This document shows positions 49,440 through 62,355 of a stretch of DNA of 64,000 bases, in pieces. The position numbers were made by a program, and so were the translations under genes. The stretch is from Octopus sinensis (Eukaryota): contig NW_021835993.1 in assembly GCF_006345805.1 (NCBI RefSeq), forward strand, positions 248,001-312,000, given 5' to 3'. Position 1 is the stretch's first letter. Each line of letters opens with the position of its first letter. The notes beneath the pieces were generated by a model. That model was not told the origin of the DNA. It made no database searches and worked only from the letters and a program-made list of their open reading frames with translations.

Positions 49440-49529
49440 GCCCTGCCCTTCTATCTTTCTTCCACGTTGCCTACTAGGAATTCCGTTTGCTTAGTTCTAC
49501 TTAATGAGCTCCGAAATAATCCTTTGCCT
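49440..49529. repeat. Dispersed ~90-bp repeat shared with 48001-48085
   Basis: 46-nt identical core GAATTCCGTTTGCTTAGTTCTACTTAATGAGCTCCGAAATAATCCT. Confidence 0.9.
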
Positions 49530-49599
49530 GCCGTGCTTACTTAGCCTCGATTTGTCAGCGATTCTTTCAGTCCAAAGAGTCTGGGACGAATAAATACTT

Positions 49600-50010
49600 T
49601 ACGCAAATTTCGTTCAAAGTCGTACTAACGTGAGCTGGTCTTATAAACTGCGGTTGTCAGCCGCATGCGGGAGACTAGCTTAAAGCACTCCCTATCATCA
49701 GCACGGGATTACTACTGTACAATAAATCCTTATGGATTGGTATCTGCGTACGCTTGGACTTTTACCCCTTGTTGTGTAAGAAGAGTTCAGGTAGAATTCC
49801 TCGTCACACTCAACTCAATGATGTTGTCAGGAGGGCTCTAGAATCGGTTGGTTTCCTTTTCACTCTAGAGCTGGTCGGCCTTTCCCGGAACGACAGCAAG
49901 CGTCCTTTCCTTTGAGGGAAGGCAAGCCCCTGGTTTGGAATAAACCTGTCGACAATGCTGCATAAAACTTGCACCAACTCGGGCTGCATTTCTTATAAGA
50001 ACTTTGCAAG
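49600..50010 (+). mobile_element. Decayed CRE-like fragment
   Basis: QPHAGD*LKALP, WIGICVRL, GRIPRHTQLNDVVRRAL, DSKRP, GKPLVW. Confidence 0.7.
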
Positions 50011-50178
50011 TTACAAAGTTTGTTAGTGTTAAATGTTCAGTGGTCATTAAATTATATTCTTGATTTATATTTTAAGAGTAATCGTCTTTTAAACTATTTT
50101 AGATATTTAATAAATATTTAAATCTGTCTTCATGTCAATATCAAATTCAAAATATAATTGTAGGCAAAGAGACGAGAA

Positions 50179-50719
50179 ATGAATAATATTTCCGAAATAA
50201 CTTCTTTTCTCTACTTGGGAGGATTGGACTCTATTCATAAAATAGACCCTGCAAGATTTTCATTAGTAATAAATTGTGCATTGGAGCTTCGTGACCACAT
50301 TCATCCTTCAATTCGAACAATCCATCTCAACCTCCAAGACACCCCATCTGCACTTGTCTCCAACTATTTCTTGGATTGCTGCAGAGAAATTGAAAATGTA
50401 GTCTATGAATACACCCAATGGTTTGTAGGTCAAAAAATCAGGGACTAGATGCCTAGTACACTGCGTTCGAGGAATGAGTCGATCCGCGTCTATATGTATT
50501 GCTTACATTGTGTGGGAAAATCGACTTACTTTGAGAGAAACCTACTACTTTGTCAAGCAAAGACGTAACTGCATTTGCCCAAATTATGGCTTTTGGCAAC
50601 AGATGATAGAATGGGAGAGACGTCTGCTCTTGCGTACCTCCGTCCGAATGTTGACCGTGGAATATGGAATAATTCCCGACGTGTACAGGGAAGAGTATTC
50701 CCGGCTAAAGTGGCACTAA
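50179..50719 (+). CDS. DUSP14: Atypical dual-specificity phosphatase, DUSP14-like
   Basis: One 31-nt intron restores VHCVRGMSRS; C-terminus CPNYGFWQQMIEWE...YGIIPDVY. Confidence 0.8.
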
Positions 50720-51509
50720 TAATTTTATTTTATAACTATATTTATTTTGGTTTTCGTAATGATTAAAAAAGTCAAAATGCGATACTGATCTAATTACTCG
50801 CCGAGTAAAAAGATATTTTGCCAAAAATTGTTTCCAATGTCCAACAAAATTTTTTGTTTGGATAAATTCTCAAAAATTTAAGATTTTAAATTTTGATAGT
50901 TGCATCAAATTAATTGATTCTATTTTTTGTTTATACTGTCATTTAGCGCCTTTTCAAAAAACAATATTTAATTAATGAAGAACTCGCGTTTTGTTAAAAT
51001 TAATAAAGATATTTTTCAAGCTGACAAAAATTATAATACAAGTTTAATCTGTGAGGGTCCTGATCAAGGTAATTTTCAAGACAAAACGAGTAAATTATAA
51101 GACACGTGTTATAGACAGTATATATCTAGACTTTAGATGCCATTTTTGGCTTAGGTTTACAACTATCTTGAGCTATATATACTGTTATAGTTCAGTGTCC
51201 GATGTATCGAAATTTTTCCAATTTATCGATACCAGAAAATCATATTCAAGACAAATCAAAAAATTTTTGGAAATTTCTCACAGCTACTCGACTCTTTTTC
51301 ATATCATAATGGCACAATACTTGCTATTTTCTCGCAAAAAATTCATTTTAGTTTGCTGAAATTCATTATCAATCCGTACTAAGATAGGAGAAACTTAATA
51401 AGATTCCTTGAAATAACCGTCGTGATTAATCTAAAACCGACAGGGTTTGGCTAATTTTTTTGATGAAACTTTAAATTATTGATACGTAAAAACAGACAAA
51501 AATTATATC

Positions 51510-51620
51510 AAATTGCCGGCGCATAAGATGGCCTGGCTGTTCCCCGGGCGACTCTTTGGAGAAGATGGCGAGTCTCATTGCGGTTTTTAGTTTTCTTAGC
51601 AATCTTCGTCCTCTCGGCTA
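51510..51620 (-). mobile_element. Decayed CRE-like 3' fragment
   Basis: IAKKTKNRNETRHLLQRV..RG resembles the CRE ORF terminus. Confidence 0.35.
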
Positions 51621-51885
51621 AATATATTGACGATCACGGGCTGAACAAAACATAAAATTTAACAATTTTACAATGAAAGACAAAAGTTCATATTTCTGTA
51701 AATGCTTAATGTAAATTAGAGTAAACAACGCTGCATTCTACCGAAATCTCAGTCTATTAAAAAGCGATATTTTAACAAAAATGTTAAATAAAATCATCAT
51801 TTTCTCAAAAAAATATGCAAGGGAGAATTCTCAAAAATATTTTAAAATTTTCATAAACATTTTAGATTGATATAAAAATAATATG

Positions 51886-53836
51886 TCAACACATTCTGAC
51901 GTGTCCGTGGGCAAAGCCAACTTTATTTAAAACACCCAATTTCTTTTCAATCATGGGCCTAGGAAATATCGACAGATCCACACCATATAAGCTCATCCGC
52001 AGTACCAATCGCAACCAAATACTCAATAACCACCTTCCTGACTTGCCCTATTCTGTGCACTCGGTCTTCAGCCTGTGCCATAATCTGAAAAATCATTTAA
52101 AGGACCAACCCCCGGGGTCCACGACAATTCAGCAAATACCAGGTAATTAGACGAGGTTAGAGTTATTCCAGTATTGGCCGCGGTGAGGGACAGAATGGCA
52201 ACCCGACAATCCAAACAATTTTGAAACTTGTCTACAAAAAGGAATCTGTTTTGAGGCGTGGTTGACCCATCAATCACGACAGTTGAGTACTAAACCATAA
52301 CTTGTCATCACCAACATTTCGCAGTCCATCCCTCAGTCCGTTTATCATACAACGATGATGTGCAAATACCACCACCTTGTCGACCGACTTTAACTTGTCC
52401 AGAAGGTATTGACTATTACTCATAATTATACTCCATACCATACATATCCTAATTTCAAATTGGCACTCTGCTGATAAAGCTCAAGCAGAGCTCCTCTTTT
52501 ATAATTCTTGTTATAATAAACCAGGTAAATACCTTCAGCTCTTCAGGAGGACTTCCAACGTCCAAATCGACCTTGAACCTCTCCTTTGATGGCAACTGAT
52601 CTAAAATTTCTGCCTTGAGTCGTCTACGTGTTAAATCACACCAACATGACCGAAGCATAACAATTTCATTAAGGACAATCCTCAGTTCGGTCTCATTGGA
52701 CAGTCCATCAAAGTCATGTCCCCACAATGTCTTTTTCCCGGCACAGTAGCGCATCCCAAACTCATAAAAACCCGAGAAAAGTGTGGGGAACAATGCGTAG
52801 ATCTGAGGATACAACTCGACAGGTCTCGACAGTGCAGGGGTTCCACTCAACAAGAGCACATATTTAGCACCCTTAGTGATACTGAGGACGCATTTAGAAC
52901 GAGCAGTCGACATATTTTTGACGCAATGGGACTCATCCACAATGACGAACTCAAACTGAGTTGCTTCATTGACTCTCCTAATCAGCATTTCGTAATTCAC
53001 GATGACAATATCAGCCCCATTCAACCGATCTGACTTGGAACTGACCACAGTAAGACTGAGGAAAGGAAGCCACTGACTCACGTGCTTTCCATGGCCACAC
53101 AACAACAACCTGTACCCACGTGTGCTTCACGGTGGCAGGACAGACTATAATCGTCTTGACGTTTTTGACGTGGTGAGCAAGAATGTAGATTGCCTGCAGT
53201 GTTTTGCCCAGGCCCATTTCGTCGGCAATGAGCAGTCGACCTCCCCGGGACTGAAACACCCTTCCGTGGTAATCGCAACCATACTGCAGTGACTCCAACT
53301 GGAAGGGCATGAGGTGGTCGTGTAGAGGACGCTTCCAGTCTTCAAGCAGAGGCTCCTCCATTGACTTGGATTTTCTCGAAAGCAACAATTTCACGACTTG
53401 GAACGGAATTCCCTCCACGATGAATCCATTTTTGAGGGACGACACTTAAATATTTAAAATTAAGATTTTACGGATCTCAAAGTATTGGAGGAGAGGGAAT
53501 GTCCATCTCTTGGCCTTAGGATCTTTGATATAAAGGAATTAAAATCAAACCATAATTTTTGGAGGATTGCATTTTGAGTGCTTCGACGATGACGGGAGAA
53601 TACTCAAAGTCTGCTCTGAAGGATTCCACAGACCAGAGTGAGAGACTTATTTTCAATTGGGGAATATTTCTGGGCACTCCAATTGTATTGATGGAGAGTT
53701 TATTGTTCAAAGGGTTTTGTTCAATTGCTGGTCTGGGAGGTTGCTTTCCCCTCGTTTCTTTTAATTTTTCGATTGCTCTGAGTCGGTTTAACTCGCATTT
53801 CTTTTTTTGTTCATTACTAAGTCCTGATGAAGACAT
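51886..53836 (-). CDS. SMARCAL1: SMARCAL1 annealing helicase
   Basis: N-terminal [17 protein letters not shown] (RPA-binding motif), one HARP-like segment, [31 protein letters not shown]. Confidence 0.9.
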
Positions 53837-53919
53837 AACAACAGGCGGGACTGATAATTTATTTATGTCTATTAATACAAAATAAAAAACAAATATAAAA
53901 ATTAAATCATTGAACACTC

Positions 53920-54906
53920 TCATCTGTTGCAGAATAGAACAAAACACTGCACTCTCCATCGGGCTCCTCCACTACTCCATTGACCACCTTGACTAACGAA
54001 GTGACAGGCATCTCGCAAATGTCTGAAACCTTCTAAAACGAACATACTTTCAGGCACTATGTTCTCTCTTCGTAAAAACTGACCGATCATTTTCCTCAAG
54101 GCAGCATTCTCAATGAGAGTTTGAGTGACTCTCCCATTCACAGACTCCCAGGAAATTCTGGCAAGTTCTTCGGTTTCCACCATTCAAATTCGATTGGTTT
54201 GACTGATCCCCACCTTTTGCGAGATCCAGGACCATCCCTTGTCGCACTCGCTACAAATGTTTAAAACGTCTGACAAAATTGAATCGAAGACTTTTGTGGA
54301 TTTGCCAGGACTTTGCTCACTCTTTCCCTCAACGAAAGCATCTCCAACTCCTTTTTGCGAGAGTCGTGTTTGTGGAGAGAAATAGCACGTGCGTGGAGAC
54401 TCGACTGCTTCTGGAACTGCCATTTCAACACGGGACATTAAACTTTGTCTTTTTCTGCCACGTTTGCTGATCGGAGTTCAGATATTTTGATTTCAAGTGC
54501 CTTTCTCTGTTCCTTCCGAGCAAGCATTCCCTGGAGAGTTCTTCATTCTCTGTTTTGAGGCGAGAAATGACTGATCTGCTGTGATCCAGGTCAGACTGAA
54601 GTCGGGGGGCGAGGCTTTAATGTTTTGTTAAACACAACTCTATGTCCTCTTTCTCGACCAGTTTTTGTTTGCTAATCCAAACACTCACACGGGAAAGGAC
54701 ATTCACCAATTTCTGTGGGTCAACTTTATCCTCTGTGAACATTGAAGGAATCGAAGAGGCAATCAAGAACTGCATTGATTGGAAATAAAACCGACCTTGT
54801 CCAATCTTCGTAGGTCCCTCATCATTGGCTGAGTGAACGTGACTGTCATACTGTCTGAGTTATTTGATTCTACGTTATCCGTCAGAACACTTCTGTCAGC
54901 CACCAT
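53920..54906 (-). CDS. Coiled-coil protein of unknown function
   Basis: Multi-exon frame from MVADRSVLTD with micro-introns; no family recognised; 3' exon uncertain. Confidence 0.55.
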
Positions 54907-54983
54907 ATAGAAATGTTTATTACTAAATTTGTTTAAATTATTTAAACAACTCTGGAAAAAAGATATTTATAAACAGAATAAAA

Positions 54984-56857
54984 TCACGAGTCAAAAACAG
55001 TTGAAAAACATTTGGCCATTCTCTCATGGACGTTGAAAAAGTCATTTCTCTGACCACCCATGCGCTCCAAAAATCCTAAGCTATCAAAAGACAAGTAGAA
55101 TACCCTCGACGACCTTCCTGACCTCCTCTAAACTCCCCCCATGGATGCATAACCCCCCTTCGACTCTACTCCTCACCTGACAATCAAGTCAACTCGAACT
55201 TGTTTATCAGCGCATATTTCAATAATAATACAGTCCACCAGCTGTAGGACATACAATCCCTCCTCCAGCAATCCAAGTTCCTCCTCAGGACTGTCGCTCG
55301 TGTCTTGCTTGAGTGATGAAACTTTTTTGATGTACTCAAAGTGATATTCCAGCAAACGCTCGACCTGCCACTTAACAAAGAGATTACTTTTTCATAGTCA
55401 TTTTCGACAAATTTGGCGAGTACTCTGTTCAACTGATCCCCACCACAACACCACAGCAAGGAGAGGACAACTGAGAGGACATGTTCTAACAAGTCGAAAG
55501 CACACACTCACCCACGACTTGTGCTTTGGAAGGACCAGATGAGGGGACGACCACATTCATGAAGAATGGAAACAAGCAGCGCAAACCCAGAACTTGGACA
55601 TATTGCTGGCAACACAGGACATCCTCATTCCAGACAGGAAGTAAAGGCATGGCATAACTCAATGTCTTGATTGCACTAAATTTGGATTTCTTTTTCCCCC
55701 GAATAAGCAAATTCATTAGCTGAAGTCCTTCCTGTTCCACAAATCGAGCCCTGTTGGGAGGAAACATTAATCCACTGCATAGACAATCAAACACATTCTC
55801 CATATACTCACTCTCCTCCACCGACTCGGGGTCACGTTTTCGAAAAGGCTAAAAGTGACCCCAATTGACACAACTGCTAATTGTCTCAGTAAAACATCCA
55901 CTCCATTGATAGACCCAACCATTTCCCGCGCTTCTATCAATCAATTTGAATAACAACCATCCTCTGACTGCATGAATATGGCCAATATCTCAGAACAGTA
56001 CAACTTGTTGTCCTCAAACTCGACTTTCTTCCAGTCAGATGACAAGACAACCTGTAGTCTACCCACAATCCACTGAAGAAAACCAGTCTTGGAAAACTGG
56101 AGAATCAAGTCTTGGCGAATGTCCACCAAGTTCTCGACGATGCCTAAAATAAGTCCTGTTTCATAAACCGAGGACATTGTGGACTCCCTGAGCTTCCTCC
56201 GTCACAGACTCGTCTAGTCTGCCAAGTACGTCAACCAGGAGGGATATCAAATGTTCGGCCAACTTGAATATCACACAAATATGACAAGGGAGTCGATGAA
56301 CTGGTTGATTATTTGACTGTGTTCTTCCAGGGAATCAAAGTCGGCAAATTCCTGAAGAAGATCAACAACGGCAACGACAATGTCTGAACTGGTCCAAGTA
56401 GAATACCAATGTTAGGATGTGACAGTAGTCCAAGTAGAGACTTTAAGGATTGCATTTGAATGAAGACCTCAAATAGATCTGGTCTGGTGGTAATCACGTT
56501 CAATTCCTGTATGACTTGGTTGAGTTGAATTTCGGAATCCATGAACCTGTTTACATCAATTCACGGACCCCACTTTTCTGGGTGATTAGGGAACTTAATT
56601 CTCATTTCCTCATTTTTTGAAATTTTCTTTTCAAATTTAAGGATCATTCGTTGTAGGACTGATTCATTGAAATCTTCAATCTACAAATACTCGTGATAAT
56701 TATACAATCTGGGTAGGGTCGGTGAGAGTCACTTTTGGCTGTGTGTTTTCCAATGACACGTGTTCGTCTGGGATATTCAATTTGATTCTTTTACTCTCCC
56801 CGGATGTGTAAGATTTCTATAATATTTAAAATATCAACTCACGTTCATGTCACACAT
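54984..56857 (-). CDS. CTNNBL1: Beta-catenin-like protein 1
   Basis: MILKFEKKISKNEEMRIKFPNHPEKFMDSE, EESEYMENVFDCLCS, EEGLYVLQLVD. Confidence 0.93.
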
Positions 56858-56949
56858 CGTTCGATTAATTTATTTAATTTTATGTTTTTATTAAAAAGAA
56901 TTTTTTCGATTAATTTTAAATTTAAACACGAGACCTATCGGAACAAGTA

Positions 56950-57477
56950 TGAGATTTAATTACCCGTGGAGCCATTGCAAGGTTGTGAGGTCTCTTCATC
57001 ATTTTTCCTTGGATAATACCCAATTATTGTCCACCACAAAATACCCGATACTGGATATGAAGGGAAAAATTGAGCAGTGGAGAACAAGGCTAGGCCATAT
57101 CAAAAAGTATTTTGACTGAAAAAAGGCACTTGTTTGCCATGGATTATCCCTCCTTGGATAAAAGAAAAACTCTGGAGAAAGAACAAGAATAACCTCCTGA
57201 ATTAATGAAAAAAATCATGGTGATTAAAAAAGAGGTTATCTACGCACAACAAGATTCAGACTAGATGATCAAAAGCCTTTTACATAGGATTGAAGAGAGG
57301 CAAGACTACCTTATTCAAGTGGGTAGCGAAGAGTGTGGAAGATATTGGAAGAATATGTGGCGGGAAACACAGTTGAGTGGGCAGACTGTTGAGAATGAGA
57401 AGAGTAAGCCAAAAATTAACTTAATTGATGAAATTTATTATTTTGAACAATTTTTCAAAGAAAGGAAAAGTGATTAA
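56950..57477 (+). mobile_element. Decayed non-LTR fragment, probably the same family as 45026
   Basis: EECGRYWKNMW resembles the pre-RT FWxxMW motif; many stops. Confidence 0.35.
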
Positions 57478-58381
57478 TCGAAGGAAAGGCCAGCAGCCTG
57501 GCGGATCGTCAAACTGTTTCCCTGAATAACGCCAATCGAGAACCGCTGAAAATGATGAAAATTGATGAAATTAATTTTACTATTATTAGCAGATCACGAA
57601 GCCATAATATTTATACTCCCGCATGTGCAGCAAAAAATATTAGAGAACTTAGGTTGCTCCAAGCTATTCTGTTTTTAGCTAGATTCCTCAGAAGTTCAGA
57701 TCGTCACCAGATGCATATGTTTTCTTCACGGTTTTGAGATTATTGTAATTGCCTCAAAACATGGGGAAATCAGAGTCAGGTTCCAAACACACCTGGACTG
57801 TCTACCAATTGGCTAGACTTGACTTTATTCACCCCCGACTGTTGAAAGTTCAACGTCAGCCCGGATCTATATATACAACAAAAAAATTACCCGTCCTCAA
57901 ACATTCCAGAATTTTTAAAGTCATCTTTCACCAATGCCTCTCTTTTTTCAGCATATTTACTACACAGTTTAAGTCAAACTTAAACTAAACGTTCTAAAAG
58001 CCATATTGGGTCAATAGTTTGGTCAGGCCAAAGAAAGCTCACTAAACGTTTCTAAACAATTATTTCGAACATCCCTGAATTTTACCAGCCCGTGCTGGTT
58101 TGGAATGTATGCCTTACGAGCTTGTAAAAACTCAAATGCCTCCAGAACGCTGGCCATTTACCGTCTCCATTTCCCGTCAGGCATCACTTAGAAATGCGAG
58201 GATTATAATTCCTTAATGAGATTCTGGACAGTCAGGACTCAAGAGTGTCAGCGACGAATTCTCAACTATTCGTCTGCCTAAATTCTTGATACTGATTCAT
58301 TAAAAATATTTAAAATTTAATTTGTTCAAATTACTCTTGAAATTAATGAAATTGTCTTTATTAGATTCAGAACAATTTTTA

Positions 58382-59693
58382 ATGCTTATCTGCAATGATT
58401 GTGGTGCCACTGATCCTGAATTTGCCTCAGTGAACTTTGCTGCAAATTTATGTGACGAATGCTGCTCAATCCACATTGGTTTGGGTTTTCATTTTAGTAG
58501 GGTTTATAATTTTTAATTATTGTTTTAGATCAAGTCATTTAAAAAAGAAACCTGGCGCCGAGGCGAACGTTCTCTCTTTCTTAAACTCATAAAATCAAAG
58601 GCTAATCAATTTTTTGAGGAAGAACTGTTCTCAAATCCTACTTTTCGAAAACCACTGGCCAATGAAAACTTTAAAGAGAATTATATTCGTTTAAAGTATA
58701 TCGAAAAATCATTCATTGGTCGACTTAAGAGTCTCCAATACTCATCAAAGTATATCGACAGCTTAAAATGGCAGTTTTCGGCAAATAATGATTGTCTTGG
58801 CTTCAAAAGGAGATCTTGTTGGACTTTTCAAGATATTGCACGTGACAGAGGGAAATGATTTGTTTGGCATGAATTCTGCACTCAAGGCTGCCGTGGAAAG
58901 GGGGAATTTGCTTATCATCGAGCTCTTGTTGTTATTTGGTGCTTTTTTAACCGATTATCAACACTTCTTTATGTCTGCCGATACAAAAAGAATTCTTGTT
59001 GAAGCATACGAAGAGAATTTACTTTGGATGGGGGAATTCAACCGACCCAGTGAGAACACTAGCTTATCAGGGGATTCTCTATCCCTTCTTCCGTCTTCCT
59101 CACTGCATAAATATTCTATAATGATCAACCATTCGAGAATCAGGAGACTATTGCCGTCGGATTTGGCTCATGGAACACCGGAAATATGCTTATTGTCCAA
59201 TTTCTATGATCGAAAGGCATATGAAATGTTATGTCGGATGTCTGATGAAAATTTTTATAATTTTGTTTACAGATTTTTGCAGGAATGTGAAAGTAGATCA
59301 CAATTTATTGAAGCAAGTTCAAATGTGATCAAATGGAATAAAAATGGAGATTTGAACTTAACAAAATCTGAGACAATTCTAAAATTTCCCCTTTACAAAA
59401 TCAAAAAATTGTGTAAAAAACTAAAGAAATTAATTTCTAACGAATTTATTGAATATAACGATATAACTGCAATCATCCCCTGCTTAGACGAGCTTGTAAC
59501 TGATAGTATTCTTGGTGGTTCAACCTTCACGACTCATCAATTTGAATTGATCAAAAAACTACATTCAGACATGAATAGATTATCAGATAAAAAAATAACA
59601 AATAATTCAAGGAATATTATTATTAACGATATGAAGACTCTGCTTGCAGCTTTTACTGAATTGGTCGGGCGAAGAAATTTCACGTCAATTTAA
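58382..59693 (+). CDS. GIT: GIT-like ArfGAP
   Basis: CNDC...CDECCSIH zinc finger, YIRLKY, ankyrin-like ALKAAVERGNLLIIELLLLFGA and a Spa2-homology-like MSDENFYNFVYRFLQECESR; two micro-introns. Confidence 0.75.
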
Positions 59694-60559
59694 AATCAAT
59701 TTCATTTTTTGACAGCTTTATTTATAAACAGCATTTTTTCCAAGTTAGAAACTATATTTTTTTAGTTTTTAAATTCAAAATTACATAAAGCAATAAGGAT
59801 TAGAAATATTAACCTCAACTAGAGCACACAATATTCTGATAAAACTCAATTTCTTAAATAAAATCAAAATTACCAAATAAGTCACAAAATGAGAGGCTGA
59901 ACTTCTACAACAAATCTTATGCGATATACAGTTATAATAAAAACTTACCATGCATGGCAAAGATGAGAACCAATAAAAAAATAATGTTGCCTTGCTTTCT
60001 TTATTCGGGGTGGCAAAACTAAGCGGATAAGAAAGTGTGATTAAGTATTTTGGCCGTGTGATTAAGTTGATTTATCTGGGTTTTGGGATAATACTTTTTA
60101 AAGCTTTTGATGTTTTAGATGTTCTCAAACTGGCGTACATTCTCCTCCAAATTAGAGATTTTTCTAACTTTGCAAATCAAACAAATAATAATGACACACA
60201 TTTTTTCAACGTATTGAACAATATACGGGAAATTCATGTTCTAGTTGTACTTGTCAACAACTATCGAGCTTAGATTATACATAGAAGATAATTCGAATGT
60301 GTATTGGCGATAACTGATTTAGAAAAATCAAAGAAACGACAAAGACCTAAGTGGCGTTAAATAGAAGAGATTGAAGAAAAATAGAAACCATGATCTTCTG
60401 ACAATAAAAATTTATAGAAACGACATAATTTTATGGTTTTCGATGCAAATATCCATCTCGATATCACTTTGCTTTTATACAATATGTCACCGGTTTTATA
60501 GCCCACCGGGTTGAATAACCCACCATCAAAAAAACTACCAAAAAATATAAATATAATCC

Positions 60560-60810
60560 AAAAATAAAAATCCAGTAGGTTGGAAACCCACTATGTTCAC
60601 TCAATGGCTGCGAATAGTTCTGTGGAGATCCGCGCCAACACGAGAATAAATACGGATAAGAAAGTCAAAAACAACAAGCCAAAAATCTTCGTACTCGACA
60701 AAGTAAAAAAAATCACGCTCATAGAGATTTGGATGACCTGTAACAAGTTAAGGTGGAAATGCCCCATAAGTACGACCCGGCTGCCAGTGAACTGGGAATA
60801 ATTCACAAAG
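60560..60810 (+). mobile_element. REL-type non-LTR fragment, same family as 45026
   Basis: VEIRANTRINTDKKVKNNKPKIFVLDKVKKITLIEI, a degenerate NRPDI...ITLIEV catalytic region. Confidence 0.6.
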
Positions 60811-61714
60811 CCAGGATAACTAGAATACCATTGATTAATAACATGGATCGGTGTTGTGAGTAAATTCTATAAACATCACTGCGACTCAATCGATCTCAAA
60901 GGACCCATACGAGATTACATTTAGTAGGTGGTTATTCGGAAAACATTGGAGAGTATCCGTGCATAACAAGTTTGAAATGATCCGCCGGAACAGCCCCAAA
61001 AGACTCGGTTAACAAATGGAACAACGGAGGAGAGTTTGTTGAGCAAGGTCATTGAGTCAAACTTGAGAACGACCACAAACATGGACAGTGTCCCCATCAA
61101 AGAAATTGGCTCTGGCTTAAGTAGGAGAATCGACTGAGACCAGACGCTTGAATTAAAAACTATATTTAATTTTTTTGTTTTGTGTTACACCATGTATAAT
61201 CAAACACGGCTATTAATTTGATTAATAAATGAAGACTCCCGCTATCAACATAAAATTAGTTAAAAATGTCAAATGATACAGAAAATTGCCGATTGATTAA
61301 TGAAACAACAACCATGTTAAAAATATGAACTTATTGCGGGTTCATATGACAATAAATGATTTGTATCACCCAACTTGTATTCCCTGTGATTTGAATTCAG
61401 TTTTATCTGGATTTCAGTTTTAGGTGATTAAAATATTCTTTTATTTTAAGCATGTTAAGCATAAGTCTATCAAAAAAATAAAACAGACAAGGTTCTTTTG
61501 GTGGGGAAAATAGTGATGGGAGAATTGAACTGCTTTAACGAGAGTTTTTAGACCAATTTATACCATTTAAAACAAAGTTTACTTCAAAACATTCAGACAA
61601 AAGATTTGGTTATATGAGGCACTATCAGCTTTACTTTTTTATTTACTTTTTAATCTATTTAATGATCTTTCTGCTGTAATAATAAAATTCCATCAAATAA
61701 AGTTTTAAATTAAA

Positions 61715-62355
61715 TCACAAATCAAAGGGAGTCGATATCAAAGGTCCTCTAATTTTTGTGAAATTTAAATCTCTGGGCCTTGTAGGTTTTTTCAGTTCAG
61801 GAATATGATACGGTTTTTCAGCGTCAATTTTGATACGATTCATGACATTCTCTTCCAAATAGCCATCAGCCTTTAACATAAAGTTAAATAAAAACAGAAT
61901 CCAATAATTTAATAATTTTTGTTGTTCCAAAATCAGTCATTCTGATGAGTGATGACATTTCCCTCAGTAGTGAGGCATATTCATGATCAATAAATGGAAT
62001 CGTCATCTGAGGGAAATTTAGAATCAGATATGATTGATAAAAGTAGATCAAACACGAGTTGAGAATATCAAAATATCAAAAAACTCGATTTCCTTACTTT
62101 TCTGAAATTCCTCCTCTCTCATGTACTGGAGAGAATCAGTGCTGTGAAAAAAATTCTGGAGATCCTGAAAAATAATTATATGAGTAACTTGGTGGAGTGA
62201 TAGTGTCGCATTCCTTAACATTGCTTTAGCATATGGTCGACTTAATGAGTGAATGTAGTTCACTGTCTTTTCGATTTCTCCGATTCTCTCGGTATAAATT
62301 TGCTTCACTTGAAAATTGTTTTGTATTACTCACTTAGATCTGAAAGCATCTGCAT
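61715..62355 (-). CDS. Multi-exon gene of unknown function
   Basis: MQMLSDL/MKQIYTER... joined by 24-26 nt GT-AG introns; no family recognised. Confidence 0.5.

Noticed and set aside
49610-49720. Hairpins and a short LSU rRNA-like AACGTGAGCTGG suggesting an ncRNA
   Set aside because: The region translates as decayed CRE ORF (QPHAGD*LKALP); the rRNA match is about 12 nt and likely chance.
51886-51920. GC-rich motif resembling a transposon end
   Set aside because: It is the last SMARCAL1 exon ([12 protein letters not shown]).
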